This document shows, piece after piece, positions 1-12,900 of a stretch of DNA of 64,000 nt. The first letter of the stretch is position 1. Each line of letters starts with the position of its first letter. The notes under the pieces are model-generated. The model was not told the origin of the DNA. It did not search any database and saw only the letters and a program-made list of their open reading frames with translations. A program made the position numbers and the translations under genes. This DNA comes from Azolla caroliniana (Eukaryota > Plantae > Polypodiophyta), in assembly GCA_043228905.1 (NCBI GenBank), contig JBHGNT010000010.1, positions 558,001-622,000 on the forward strand, in the 5' to 3' direction.

Positions 1-3000
1 ACACGAGCCAGGTATGAACATTTTTAATTTCTTCATGTCTCTCGACTTGAGTTTCAAAACCTTCATTTTTATTCACGCGCTCTTCTCAACTCCCTCTTCA
101 AATTTGGTAATTTCTTTATGTCTCTCGACCTGAGTTTCAAAATCTCGATTTTTTAATTCCATATTATAGGTAGCGTTGTTAGCTTCGATTCGCATCTTTG
201 AACACAAAAATCCGATATCACACGAGCCAGGTATGAACATTTTAATTTAGTCACGCGCTCTTCTCAACTCCCTCCTCGAATTTGGTAATTTCTTCATGTC
301 TCTCGACCTGAGTTTCAAAATCTTGAATTTTTATTCCATATCATAGGTAGTGTTGTTAGCTTTGAATCACATGTTTGAACACAAAAATTCGATATCACAC
401 GAGCCAGGTATGAACATTTTAATTGACTCACGCACTCTTCTCAACTCCCTCTTCTAACTTGCCAATTTCTTCATGTCTCTCGACCTGAGTTTCAAAATCT
501 CGATTTTTTAATTCCATATTATATGTAGAGTTTTTAGCTTCGATTCGCATCTTTGAACACTAAAATCCGATATCACATGGGCCAGGTATGAAAATTTTAA
601 TTTACTCACCGGCTCTTCTCAAGTCCCTCCTCAAATTTGGTAATTTCATGTCTCTAGACATGAGTTTCAAAATCTGGATTTTTTGATTCTATATCATAGC
701 TAGTGTTGTTAGCTTCGATTTGCATGTTTTAACACAAAAATCCGGGATCACACGAGCCAGGTATGAACATTTTAATTTACTCACGAGCTCTTCTCAACTC
801 CCTCTTCAAATTTGGTAATTTCTTCATATCTCTCGACCTGAGTTTCAAAATTTCGGTTTTTTAATTCCATATCATAGGTAGCGTTGTTATCTTCGAATGA
901 CATGTGTGAACACAAAAATCCGGGATCACACGAACCATGTATGAACATTTTAATTTACTCACGGGCTCTTCTCAACTCCCTCTTCTAACTTACCAATTTC
1001 TTCATGTGTCTCGACCTGAGTTTCAAAATCTTGATTTTTTAATTCCATATCATAGGCAGCTTTGTTAGCTTCGATTCGCATGTTTGAACACAGAAATCCG
1101 GGATCACACGAGCCAGGTATGAACATTTTAATTTAGTCACGCGCTCTTCTCAACTCCCTCCTCGAATTTGGTAATTTCTTCATGTCTCGAGACCTGAGTT
1201 TCAAAATCATGACCTTTTAATTCCATATCATAGCTAGTGTTGTTAGCTTCGATTCGCATCTTTGAACACTAAAATCCGAGATCACATGGGCCAGGAATGA
1301 AAATTTTAATGTACTCACGGGCTCTTCTCAACTCCCTCTTCAAATTTGGTAATTTCTTCATGTCTCTTGACGTGAGTTTCAAAATCTCGATTTTTTAATT
1401 CCAAATCATAGGTAGCATTTTTAGTTTCGATTCCCATGTTTGAACACAAAAATCCGATATTACACGAGACAGGTATGAACATTTTAATTTACTCACGCGC
1501 TCTTCTCAACTCCCTCCTCAAATTTGATAATTTCTTCATGTCTCTCGACCTGAGTTTCAAAATCTGGATTTTTTAATTCTATATCTTAGGTAGTGTTGTT
1601 AGTTTCAAATCGCATGTTTGAACACAAAAATCCGAGATCACACGAGCCAGGTATGAACATTTTAATTTACTCTCGCGCTCTTCTCAACTCCCTCCTCAAT
1701 TTTGGTAATTTCTTCATGTCTCTCGACCTGAGTTTCAAAATCTTGATTTTTTAATTCTATATCATAGCTAGCATTGTTAACTTCGATTCGCAGCTTTGAA
1801 CACAAAAATCCGGGATCACACGAGCCAGGTATGAACATTTTAATTTACTCACGCGCTCTTCTCAACTCCCTCTTCTAACTTGCCAATTTCTTCATGTCTC
1901 TTGACCTGAGTTTCAAAATTTCTATTTCTTAACTCCACATTATAGGTAGCGTTGTTAGCTTCGAATCGCATGTTTGAACACAAAAATCCGATATCACACG
2001 AGCCAGGTATGAACATTTTAATTTACTCACGCGCTCTTCTCAACTCCCTCTTCAAATTTGGTAATTTCTTCATATCTCTCGACCTGAGTTTCAAAATTTC
2101 GGTTTTTTAATTCCATATCATAGGTAGCGTTGTTATCTTCGAATGACATGTGTGAACACAAAAATCCGGGATCACACGAACCATGTATGAACATTTTAAT
2201 TTACTCACGGGCTCTTCTCAACTCCCTCTTCTAACTTACCAATTTCTTCACGTGTCTCGACCTGAGTTTCAAAATCTTGATTTTTTAATTCTATATCATA
2301 GCTAGTGTTTTTAGCTTCGATTCGCATCTTTGAACACAAAAATCCGGGATCACACGAGCCAGGTATGAACATTTTAATTTACTCACGGGCTCTTCTCAAC
2401 TCCCTCTTCTAACTTGCCAATTTCTTCATGTCTCTCGACCTGAGTTTCAAAATCTCGATTTTTTTATTCTATATCATATCTAGTGTTGTTAGCTTCGATT
2501 CGCATCTTTGAACACTAAAATCCGATATCACACGGGCCAGGTATGAACATTTTAATTTACTCACGGGCTCTTCTCAACTCCCTCTTCTAACTTGCCAATT
2601 TCTTCATGTCTCTCGACCTGAGTTTAAAAATCTCGATTTGTTAATTCCATATCATAGGTAGCATTGTTAGCTTCGAATCGCATGTTTGAACAGAAAAATC
2701 CGATATCACATGGGCCAGGAATGAACATTTTAATTTACTCATGGGCTCTTCTAAAATCCCTGTTCTAACTTGCCAATTTCTTCATGTCTGTCGACCTGAG
2801 TTTAAAAATCTTGATTTTTTTATTCTATATCATAGCTAGTGTTTTTAGATTCGATTCGCATCTTTGAACACAAAAATCCGGGATCACACGAGCAAGGCAT
2901 GAACATTTTAATTTACTCACGGGCTCTTCTCAACTCCCTCTTCTAACTTACCAATTTCTTCACGTGTCTCGACCTGAGTTTCAAAATCTTGATTTTTTAA

Positions 3001-4372
3001 TTCTATATCATAGCTAGTGTTTTTAGCTTCGATTCGCATCTTTGAACACAAAAATCTGGGATCACACGAGCCAGGTATGAACATTTTAATTTACTCACGG
3101 GATCTTCTCAACTCCCTCTTCTAACTTGCCAATTTCTTCATGTCTCTCGAACTGAGTTTCGAAATCTCGATTTTTTTATTCTATATCATAGCTAATGTAT
3201 TTAGCATCGAATCGCATCTTTGAACACAAAAATCCAATATCACACGAGCCAGGTTTGAACATTTTAATTTACTCACGCGCTCTTCTCAACTCCCTCTTCA
3301 AATTTGGTAATTTCTTCAAGTCTCTTGACCTGAATTTCAAAATTTCTATTTCTTAACTCCACATTATAGGTAGCGTTGTTAGCTTCGAATCGCATGTTTG
3401 AACACAAAAATCCGATATCACACGAGCCAGGTATGAACATTTTAATTTACTCACGCGCTCTTCTCAACTCCCTCCTCAAATTTGATAATTTCTTCATGTC
3501 TCTCGACCTGAGTTGCAAAACCTGGATTTTTTAATTCTATATCTTAGGTAGCGTTGTTAGCTTCGAATCGCATGTTTGAACACAAAAATCTGATATTACA
3601 CGAGCCAGGTATGAAAATTTTAAATTAGTCACGCGCTCTTCTCAACTCCCTCCTCGAATTTGGTAATTTCTTCATGTCTCGTGACCTGAGTTTCAAAATC
3701 ATGATTTTTTAATTCTATATCATAGCTAGTGTTGTTAGCTTCAATTCGCATGTTTTAACACAAAAATCAGGGATCACACGAGCCAGGTATGAACATTTGA
3801 ATTTAGTCACGCGCTCTTCTAAACTCCCTCCTCAAATTTGGTAATTTCTTCATGTCTCTCGACCTGAGTTTTAAAATCTTGATTTTTTAATTCCATATCA
3901 TAGGTAGCGTTGTTAACTTCGATTCGCATCTTTGAACACAAAACTCTGGTATCACACGAGCCAGTTATGAATATTTTAAATTAGTCACGCGCTCTTCTCA
4001 ACTCCCTCCTCGAATTTGGTAATTTCTTCATGTCTCGTGACCTGAGTTTCAAAATCATGATTTTTTAATTCTATATCATAGCTAGTGTTGTTAGCGTCAA
4101 TTCGCATGTTTTAATACAAAAATCAGGGATCACACGAGCCAGGTATGAACATTTGAATTTAGTCACACGCTCTTCTAAACTCCTTCCTCAAATTTGGTAA
4201 TTTCTTCATGTCTCTCGACCTGAGTTTTAAAATCTTGATTTTTTAATTCCATATTATAGGTAGCTTTGTTACCTTCGATTCGCATCTTTGAACACTAAAA
4301 TCCGATATCACACGAGCCAGGTATGAACATTGTAATTTAGTCACGCGCTCTTCTCAACTCCCTCCTCAAATT

Positions 4373-7300
4373 TGGTAATTTCTGCATGTTTCTCGACCTG
4401 AGTTTCAAAATCTCAATTTTTTAAGTCGAGATTATAGGTAGCCTTGTTACCTTCAATTCGCATCTTTGAACACTAAAATCCGATATGACACGGGCCAGGT
4501 ATGAACATTTTAATTTACTCACGGGCTCTTCTTCATGTCTGTGGACCTGAGTTTAAAAATCTTGATTTTTTTATTCTATATCATAGCTAGTGTTGTTAGC
4601 TTCGATTCGCATCTTTGAACACAAAAATCCGGGATCACACGAGCCAGGTATGAACATTTTAATTTACTCACGGGCTCTTCTCAACTCCCTCTTCTAACTT
4701 GCCAATTTCTTCATGTCTCTCGACCTGAGTTTCAAAATCTCGATTTTTTTATTCTATATCATATCTAGTGTTGTTAGCTTCGATTCGCATCTTTGAACAC
4801 TAAAATCCGATATCACACGGGCCAGGTATGAACATTTTAATTTACTCACGGGCTCTTCTCAACTCCCTCTTCTAACTTGCCAATTTCTTCATGTCTCTCG
4901 ACCTGAGTTTCAAAATCTCGATTTGTTAATTCCATATCATAGGTAGCATTGTTAGCTTCGAATCGCATGTTTGAACAGAAAAATCCGATATCACATGGGC
5001 CAGGAATGAACATTTTAATTTACTCATGGGCTCTTCTAAAATCCCTGTTCTAACTTGCCAATTTCTTCATGTCCCTCGACATGAGTTTCAAAATGTTGAT
5101 TTTTTTATTCTATATCATAGCTAGTGTTTTTAGCTTCGATTCGCATCTTTGAACACAAAAATCCGGGATCACACGAGCAAGGCATGAACATTTTAATTTA
5201 CTCACGGGCTCTTCTCAACTCCCTCTTCTAACTTACCAATTTCTTCATGTGTCTCGACCTGAGTTTCAAAATCTTGATTTTTTAATTCTATATCATAGCT
5301 AGTGTTTTTAGCTTCGATTCGCATCTTTGAACACAAAAATCTGGGATCACACGAGCCAGGTATGAACATTTTAATTTACTCACGGGATCTTCTCAACTCC
5401 CTCTTCTGACTTGCCAATTTCTTCATGTCTCTCGAACTGAGTTTCAAAATCTCGATTTTTTTATTCTATATCATAGCTAATGTTGTTAGCTTCGAGTCGC
5501 ATCTTTGAACACAAAAATCCAATATCACACGAGCCAGGTTTGAACATTTTAATTTACTCACGCGCTCTTCTCAACTCCCTCTTCAAATTTGGTAATTTCT
5601 TCCTGTCTCTCGACCTGAGTTTTAATATCTCGATTTCTTAATTCCATATTATAGGTAGCGTTGTTAGCTTCGATTCGCATCTTTGAACACGAAAATCTGA
5701 TATCACACGAGCCAGGTATGAACATTTTAATTTACTCACGGGCTCTTCTCAACTCCCTCCTCAAATTTGGTAATTTCTGCATGTTTCTCGACCTGAGTTT
5801 CAAAATCTCAATTTTTTAATTCTATATCATAGCTAATGTTGTTAGCTTCAATTCGCATGTTTTAACACAAAAATCAGGGATCACACGAGCCAGGTATGAA
5901 CATTTTAATTTACTCACGCGCTCTTCTCAACTCCCTCTTCAAATATGGCAATTTCTTCATGTCTCTCGACCTGAGTTTCAAAATTTCTATTTCTTAATTC
6001 CATATTATAGGTAGCGTTGTTAGCTTTGAATCGCATCTTTGAACACAAAAATCCAATATCACACGAGCCAGGTATGAACATTTTAATTTACTCACGCGCT
6101 CTTCTCAACTCCCTCTTCAAATTTGGTAATTTCTTCATGTCTCTCGACCTGAGTTTCAAAATCTCGATTTTTTAATTCCATATTATAGGTAGCGTTGTTA
6201 GCTTCGATTTGCATCTTTGAACACGAAAATCCGATATCACACGACCCAGGTATGAACATTTTAATTTACTCACGCGCTCTTCTCAACTCCGTCTTCATTC
6301 GATTTGCATCTTTGAACACGAAAATCCGGGATCACACGAGCAAGGCATGAACATTTTAATTTACTCACGGGCTCTTCTCAACTCCCTCTTCTAACTTACC
6401 AATTTCTTCATGTGTCTCGACCTGAGTTTCAAAATCTTGATTTTTTAATTCTATATCATAGCTAGTGTTTTTAGCTTCGATTCGCATCTTTGAACACAAA
6501 AATCTGGGATCACACGAGCCAGGTATGAACATTTTAATTTACTCACGGGATCTTCTCAACTCCCTCTTCTAACTTGCCAATTTCTTCATGTCTCTCGAAC
6601 TGAGTTTCAAAATCTCGATTTTTTTATTCTATATCATAGCTAATGTTGTTAGCTTCGAGTCGCATCTTTGAACACAAAAATCCAATATCACACGAGCTAG
6701 GTTTGAACATTTTAATTTACTCACGCGCTCTTCTCAACTCCCTCTTCAAATTTGGTAATTTCTTCCTGTCTCTCGACCTGAGTTTTAATATCTCGATTTC
6801 TTAATTCCATATTATAGGTAGCGTTGTTAGCTTCGATTCGCATCTTTGAACACGAAAATCTGATATCACACGATCCAGGTATGAACATTTTAATTTACTC
6901 ACGGGCTCTTCTCAACTCCCTCCTCAAATTTGGTAATTTCTGCATGTTTCTCGACCTGAGTTTCAAAATCTCAATTTTTTAATTCTATATCATAGCTAGT
7001 GTTGTTAGCTTCAATTCGCATGTTTTAACACAAAAATCAGGGATCACACGAGCCAGGTATGAACATTTTAATTTACTCACGCGCTCTTCTCAACTCCCTC
7101 TTCAAATTTGGTAATTTCTTCATGTCTCTCGACCTGAGTTTCAAAATTTCTATTTCTTAATTCCATATTATAGGTAGCGTTGTTAGCTTTGAATCGCTGG
7201 TAATTTCTGCATGTTTCTCGACCTGAGTTTCAAAATCTCAATTTTTTAAGTCGAGATTATAGGTAGCCTTGTTACCTTCAATTCGCATCTTTGAACACTA

Positions 7301-9000
7301 AAATCCGATATGACACGGGCCAGGTATGAACATTTTAATTTACTCACGGGCTCTTCTTCATGTCTCTCGACCTGAGTTTAAAAATCTTGATTTTTTTATT
7401 CTGTTGTTAGCTAGTGTTGTTAGCTTCGATTCGCATCTTTGAACACAAAAATCCGGGATCACACGAGCCAGGTATGAACATTTTAATTTACTCACGGGCT
7501 CTTCTCAACTCCCTCTTCTAATTTGCCAATTTCTTCATGTCTCTCGACCTGAGTTTCAAAATCTCGATTTTTCTATTCTATATCATATCTAGTGTTGTTA
7601 GCTTCGATTCGCATCTTTGAACACTAAAATCCGATATCACACGGGCCAGGTATGAACATTTTAATTTACTCACGGGCTCTTCTCAACTCCCTCTTCTAAC
7701 TTGCCAATTTCTTCATGTCTCTCGACCTGAGTTTCAAAATCTCGATTTGTTAATTCCATATCATAGGTAGCATTGTTAGCTTCGAATCGCATGTTTGAAC
7801 AGAAAAATCCGATATCACATGGGCCAGGAATGAACATTTTAATTTACTCATGGGCTCTTCTAAAATCCCTGTTCTAACTTGCCAATTTCTTCATGTTCCT
7901 CGACATGAGTTTCAAAATCTTGATTTTTTTATTCTATATCATAGCTAGTGTTTTTAGCTTCGATTCGCATCTTTGAACACAAAAATCCGGGATCACACGA
8001 GCAAGGCATGAACATTTTAATTTACTCACGGGCTCTTCTCAACTCCCTCTTCTAACTTACCAATTTCTTCATGTGTCTCGACCTGAGTTTCAAAATCTTG
8101 ATTTTTTAATTCTATATCATAGCTAGTGTTTTTAGCTTCGATTCGCATCTTTGAACACAAAAATCTGGGATCACACGAGCCAGGTATGAACATTTTAATT
8201 TACTCACGGGATCTTCTCAACTCCCTCTTCTAACTTGCCAATTTCTTCATGTCTCTCGAACTGAGTTTCAAAATCTCGATTTTTTTATTCTATATCATAG
8301 CTAATGTTGTTAGCTTCGAGTCGCATCTTTGAACACAAAAATCCAATATCACACGAGCCAGGTTTGAACATTTTAATTTACTCACGCGCTCTTCTCAACT
8401 CCCTCTTCAAATTTGGTAATTTCTTCCTGTCTCTCGACCTGAGTTTTAATATCTCGATTTCTTAATTCCATATTATAGGTAGCGTTGTTAGCTTCGATTC
8501 GCATCTTTGAACACGAAAATCTGATATCACACGAGCCAGGTATGAACATTTTAATTTACTCACGGGCTCTTCTCAACTCCCTCCTCAAATTTGGTAATTT
8601 CTGCATGTTTCTCGACCTGAGTTTCAAAATCTCAATTTTTTAATTCTATATCATAGCTAGTGTTGTTAGCTTCAATTCGCATGTTTTAACACAAAAATCA
8701 GGGATCACACGAGCCAGGTATGAACATTTTAATTTACTCACGCGCTCTTCTCAACTCCCTCTTCAAATTTGGTAATTTCTTCATGTCTCTCGACCTAAGT
8801 TTCAAAAGTTCTATTTCTTAATTTCATATTATAGGTAGCGTTGTTAGCTTTGAATCGCATCTTTGAACACAAAAATCCAATATCACACGAGCCAGGTATG
8901 AACATTTTAATTTACTCACGCGCTCTTCTCAACTCCCTCTTCAAATTTGGTAATTTCTTCATGTCTCTCGACCTGAGTTTCAAAATCTCGATTTTTTAAT
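4373..9000. repeat. Nested local block duplications (offsets ~1163 bp and ~2825 bp) with breakpoints inside monomers
   Basis: 6334-7195 repeats 5171-6030 (gagcaaggcatg marker). 7198 onward repeats 4373 onward (aagtcgagatt, the 29-bp deletion, ctaaaatccctg at 5036 and 7860). Junctions are at ~6295 and ~7197. Confidence 0.85.
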
Positions 9001-11829
9001 TCCATATTATAGGTAGTGTTGTTAGCTTCGATTCGCATCTTTGAACACAAAAATCCAATATCACACGAGCCAGGTATGAACATTTTAATTTCTTCATGTC
9101 TCTCGACCTGAGTTTCAAAATCTCGATTTTTTAATTCCATATCATAGGTAGCATTGTTAGCTTCGAATCGCATGTTTGAACAGAAAAATCCGATATTACA
9201 TGGGCCAGGAATGAACATTTTAATTTACTCACGGACTCTTCTCAACTCCCTGTTCTAACCTGCCAATTTCTTCATGTCTCTCGAACTGAGTTTCAAAATC
9301 TTGATTTTTTTATTCTATATCATAGCTAGTGTTGTTAGCTTCGATTCGCATTTTTAAACACAAAAATCTGGTCTCACACGAGCCAGGTATGAAAATTTTA
9401 AATTAGTCACGGGCTCTTCTCAACTCCCTCCTGAAATTTGGTAATTTCTTCATGTCTCTCGACCTGAGTTTCAAAATCTTGATTTTTTAATTCCATATCA
9501 TAGGTAGCGTTTTTAGCTTCGATTCGCATGTTTGAACACAGAAATCCGGGATCACACGAGCCATGTATGAACATTTTTAATTTCTTCATGTCTCTCGACT
9601 TGAGTTTCAAAACCTTCATTTTTTAATTCCATATCATAGGTAGCGTTGTAAGTTTCGATTCCCATGTTTGAACTCAAAAATCCGATATTACACGAGCCAG
9701 GTATGAACATTTTAATTTACTCACGCGCTCTTCTCAACTCCCTCCTCAAATTTGGTAATTTCTTCATGTCTCTCGACCTGAGTTTCAAAATCTTCATTTT
9801 TTAATTCCATATCATAGGTAGCGTTGTTAGTTTCGATTCCCATGTTTGAACTCAAAAATCCGATATTACACGAGCCAGGTATGAACATTTTAATTTACTC
9901 ACGCGCTCTTCTCAACTCCCTCCTCAAATTTGGTAATTTCTTCATGTCTCTCGACCTGAGTTTCAAAATATTCGTTTTTTAATTCTATATCTTAGGTAGC
10001 GTTGTTAGCTTCGATTCGCATCTTTGAACACTAAAATCCGAGAACACATGGGCCAGGTATCAACATTTTAATTTACTCACGGGCTCTTCTCAACTCCCTC
10101 TTCTAACTTGGTAATTTCTTCATGTCTCTCGGCCTGAGTTTCAAAATCTTGATTTTTTAATTCCATATCATAGCTAGTGTTGTTAGCTTCGATTCGCATG
10201 TTTAAACACTAAAATCCGGGATCACACGAGCCAGGTATGAACATTTTAATTTACTCACGCACTCTTCTCAACTCCCTCGTCAAATTTGGTAATTTCTTCA
10301 TGTCTCTCGACCTAAGTTTCAAAATCTTGATTTTTTAATTCTATATCATAGCTAGTGTTGTTAGCTTCGATTCGCATCTTTGAACATAAAAATCTGGTAT
10401 CACACGAGCCAGGTATGAAAATTTTAAATTAGTAACGGGCTCTTCTCAAGTCCCTCCTCAAATTTGGTAATTTCTTCATGTCTCTCGACCTGAGTTTCAG
10501 AGTCTCGATTTTTTAACTCCATATTATAGGTAGCATTGTTAGCTTCGATTCGCATCTTTGAACACAAAAGTCCGATATCACACGAGCCAGGTATGAACAT
10601 TTAAATTTAGTCACGCGCTCTTCTCAACTCCCTCGTCGAATTTGGTAATTTCTTCATGTCTCTCGACTTGAGTTTCAAAATCTTCATTTTTTAATTCCAT
10701 ATCATAGGTAGCGTTGTAAGTTTCGATTCCCATGTTTGAACTCAAAAATCCGATATTACACGAGCCAGGTATGAACATTTTAATTTACTCACGCGCTCTT
10801 CTCAACTCCCTCCTCAAATTTGGTAATTTCTTCATGTCTCTCGACCTGAGTTTCAAAATCTTCATTTTTTAATTCCATATCATAGGCAGCGTTGTTAGTT
10901 TCGATTCCCATGTTTGAACTCAAAAATCCGATATTACACGAGCCAGGTATGAACATTTTAATTTACTCACGCGCTCTTCTCAACTCCCTCCTCAAATTTG
11001 GTAATTTCTTCATGTCTCACGACCTAAGTTTCAAAATATTCGTTTTTTAATTCTATATCTTAGGTAGCGTTGTTAGCTTCGAATCGCAAGTTTGAACACA
11101 AAAAACCGAGATCACACGAGCCAGGTATGAACATTTTAATTTACTCACGCGCTCTTCTCAACTCCCTCCTCAATTTTGGTAATTTCTTCATGTCTCTCGA
11201 CCTGAGTTTCAAAATCTTGTTTTTTTATTGTATATCTTAGGTAGCGTTGTTAGCTTCGAATCGCAAGTTTGAACACCAAAAACCGAGATCACACGAGCCA
11301 GGTATGAACATTTTAATTTACTCACGCGCTCTTCTCAACTCCCTCCTCAAATTTGGTAATTTCTTCATGTCTCTCGACCTAAGTTTCAAAATCTCGATTT
11401 TTTAATTCCATATTATAGGTAGCGTTGTTACCTTCGGTTCGCATCTTTGAACACTAAAATCCTAGATCACATGGGCCAGGTATGAACATTTTAATTTACT
11501 CACGGGCTCTTCTCAACTCCCTCTTCTAACTTGGTAATTTCTTCATGTATCTCGACCTGAGTTTCGAAATCTTGATTTTTTGATTCCATATCATAGCTAG
11601 TGTTGTTAGCTTCGATTCGCATGTTTAAACACTAAAATCCGGGATCACACGAGCCAGGTATGAACATTTTAATTTACTCACGCGCTCCTCTCAACTCCCT
11701 CGTCAAATTTGGTAATTTCTTCGTGTCTCTCGACCTGAGTTTCAAAATCTTGATTTTTTAATTCTATATCATAGCTAGTGTTGTTAGCTTCGATTCGCAT
11801 TTTTGAACACAAAAATCTGGTATCACACG

Positions 11830-12900
11830 AGCCAGGTATGAAAATTTTAAATTAGTGACGGGCTCTTCTCAACTCCCTCCTCAAATTTGGTAATTTCTTC
11901 ATGTCTCTCGACCTGAGTTTCGAAATCTTGATTTTTTAATTCCATATCATAGGTAGCGTTGTTAGCTTCGATTCGCATGTTTGAACACAGAAATCCGGGA
12001 TCACACGAGCCAGGTATGAACATTTTAATTTAGTCACGCGCTCCTCTCAACTCCCTCCTCGAATTTGGTAATTTCTTCATGTCTCGTGACCTGAGTTTCA
12101 AAATCATGATTTTTTAATTCTATATCATAGCTAGTGTTGTTAGCTTCAATTCGCATGTTTTAACACAAAAATCAGGGATCACACGAGCCAGGTATGAACA
12201 TTTGAATTTAGTCACGCGCTCTTCTAAACTCCCTCCTCAAATTTGGTAATTTCTTCATGTCTCGTGACCTGAGTTTTAGAATCACGTTTTTTTAACTCCA
12301 TATTATAGGTAGCGTTGTTAGCTTCGATTCGCATCTTTGAACACACAAATCCGGGATCACACGAGCCATGTATGAACATTTTAATTTACTCACGGGCTCT
12401 TCTCAACTCCCTCTTCTCACTTGGTAATTTCTTCATGTCTCTCGACCTGAGTTTCGAAATCTTGATTTTTTAATTCCATATCATAGGTAGCGTTGTTAGC
12501 TTCGATTCGCATGTTTGAACACAGAAATCCGGGATCACACGAGCCAGGTATGAACATTTTAATTTAGTCACGCGCTCCTCTCAACTCCCTCCTCGAATTT
12601 GGTAATTTCTTCATGTCTCGTGACCTGAGTTTCAAAATCATGATTTTTTAATTCTATATCATAGCTAGTGTTGTTAGCTTCAATTCGCATGTTTTAACAC
12701 AAAAATCAGGGATCACACGAGCCAGGTATGAACATTTGAATTTAGTCACGCGCTCTTCTAAACTCCCTCCTCAAATTTGGTAATTTCTTCATGTCTCGTG
12801 ACCTGAGTTTTAGAATCACGATTTTTTAACTCCATATTATAGGTAGCGTTGTTAGCTTCGATTCGCATCTTTGAACACACAAATCCGGGATCACACGAGC
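11830..12900. repeat. 3-monomer (534 bp) tandem duplication at the left edge of the 6-mer HOR
   Basis: The marker gaacacacaaatccggg occurs at 12341 and 12875 (534 = 3x178). cacagaaatccggg and gctcctctc are also repeated at the same spacing. Confidence 0.88.

Noticed and set aside
6061-6238. Identity with Arabidopsis CEN178 or primate alpha satellite
   Set aside because: Only the length is similar. I recognise no shared sequence, and a database search is needed for any family name.
6061-6238. 5S rRNA, tRNA, snRNA or spliced-leader gene tandem array
   Set aside because: There is no recognisable RNA gene sequence or Pol III A/B/C boxes, and large internal deletions are tolerated and amplified.
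6200-6240. CENP-B box
   Set aside because: TTCG and (in some monomers) CGGG are present, but about 20 or more nt apart instead of the 7 nt required by TTCGNNNNANNCGGG.
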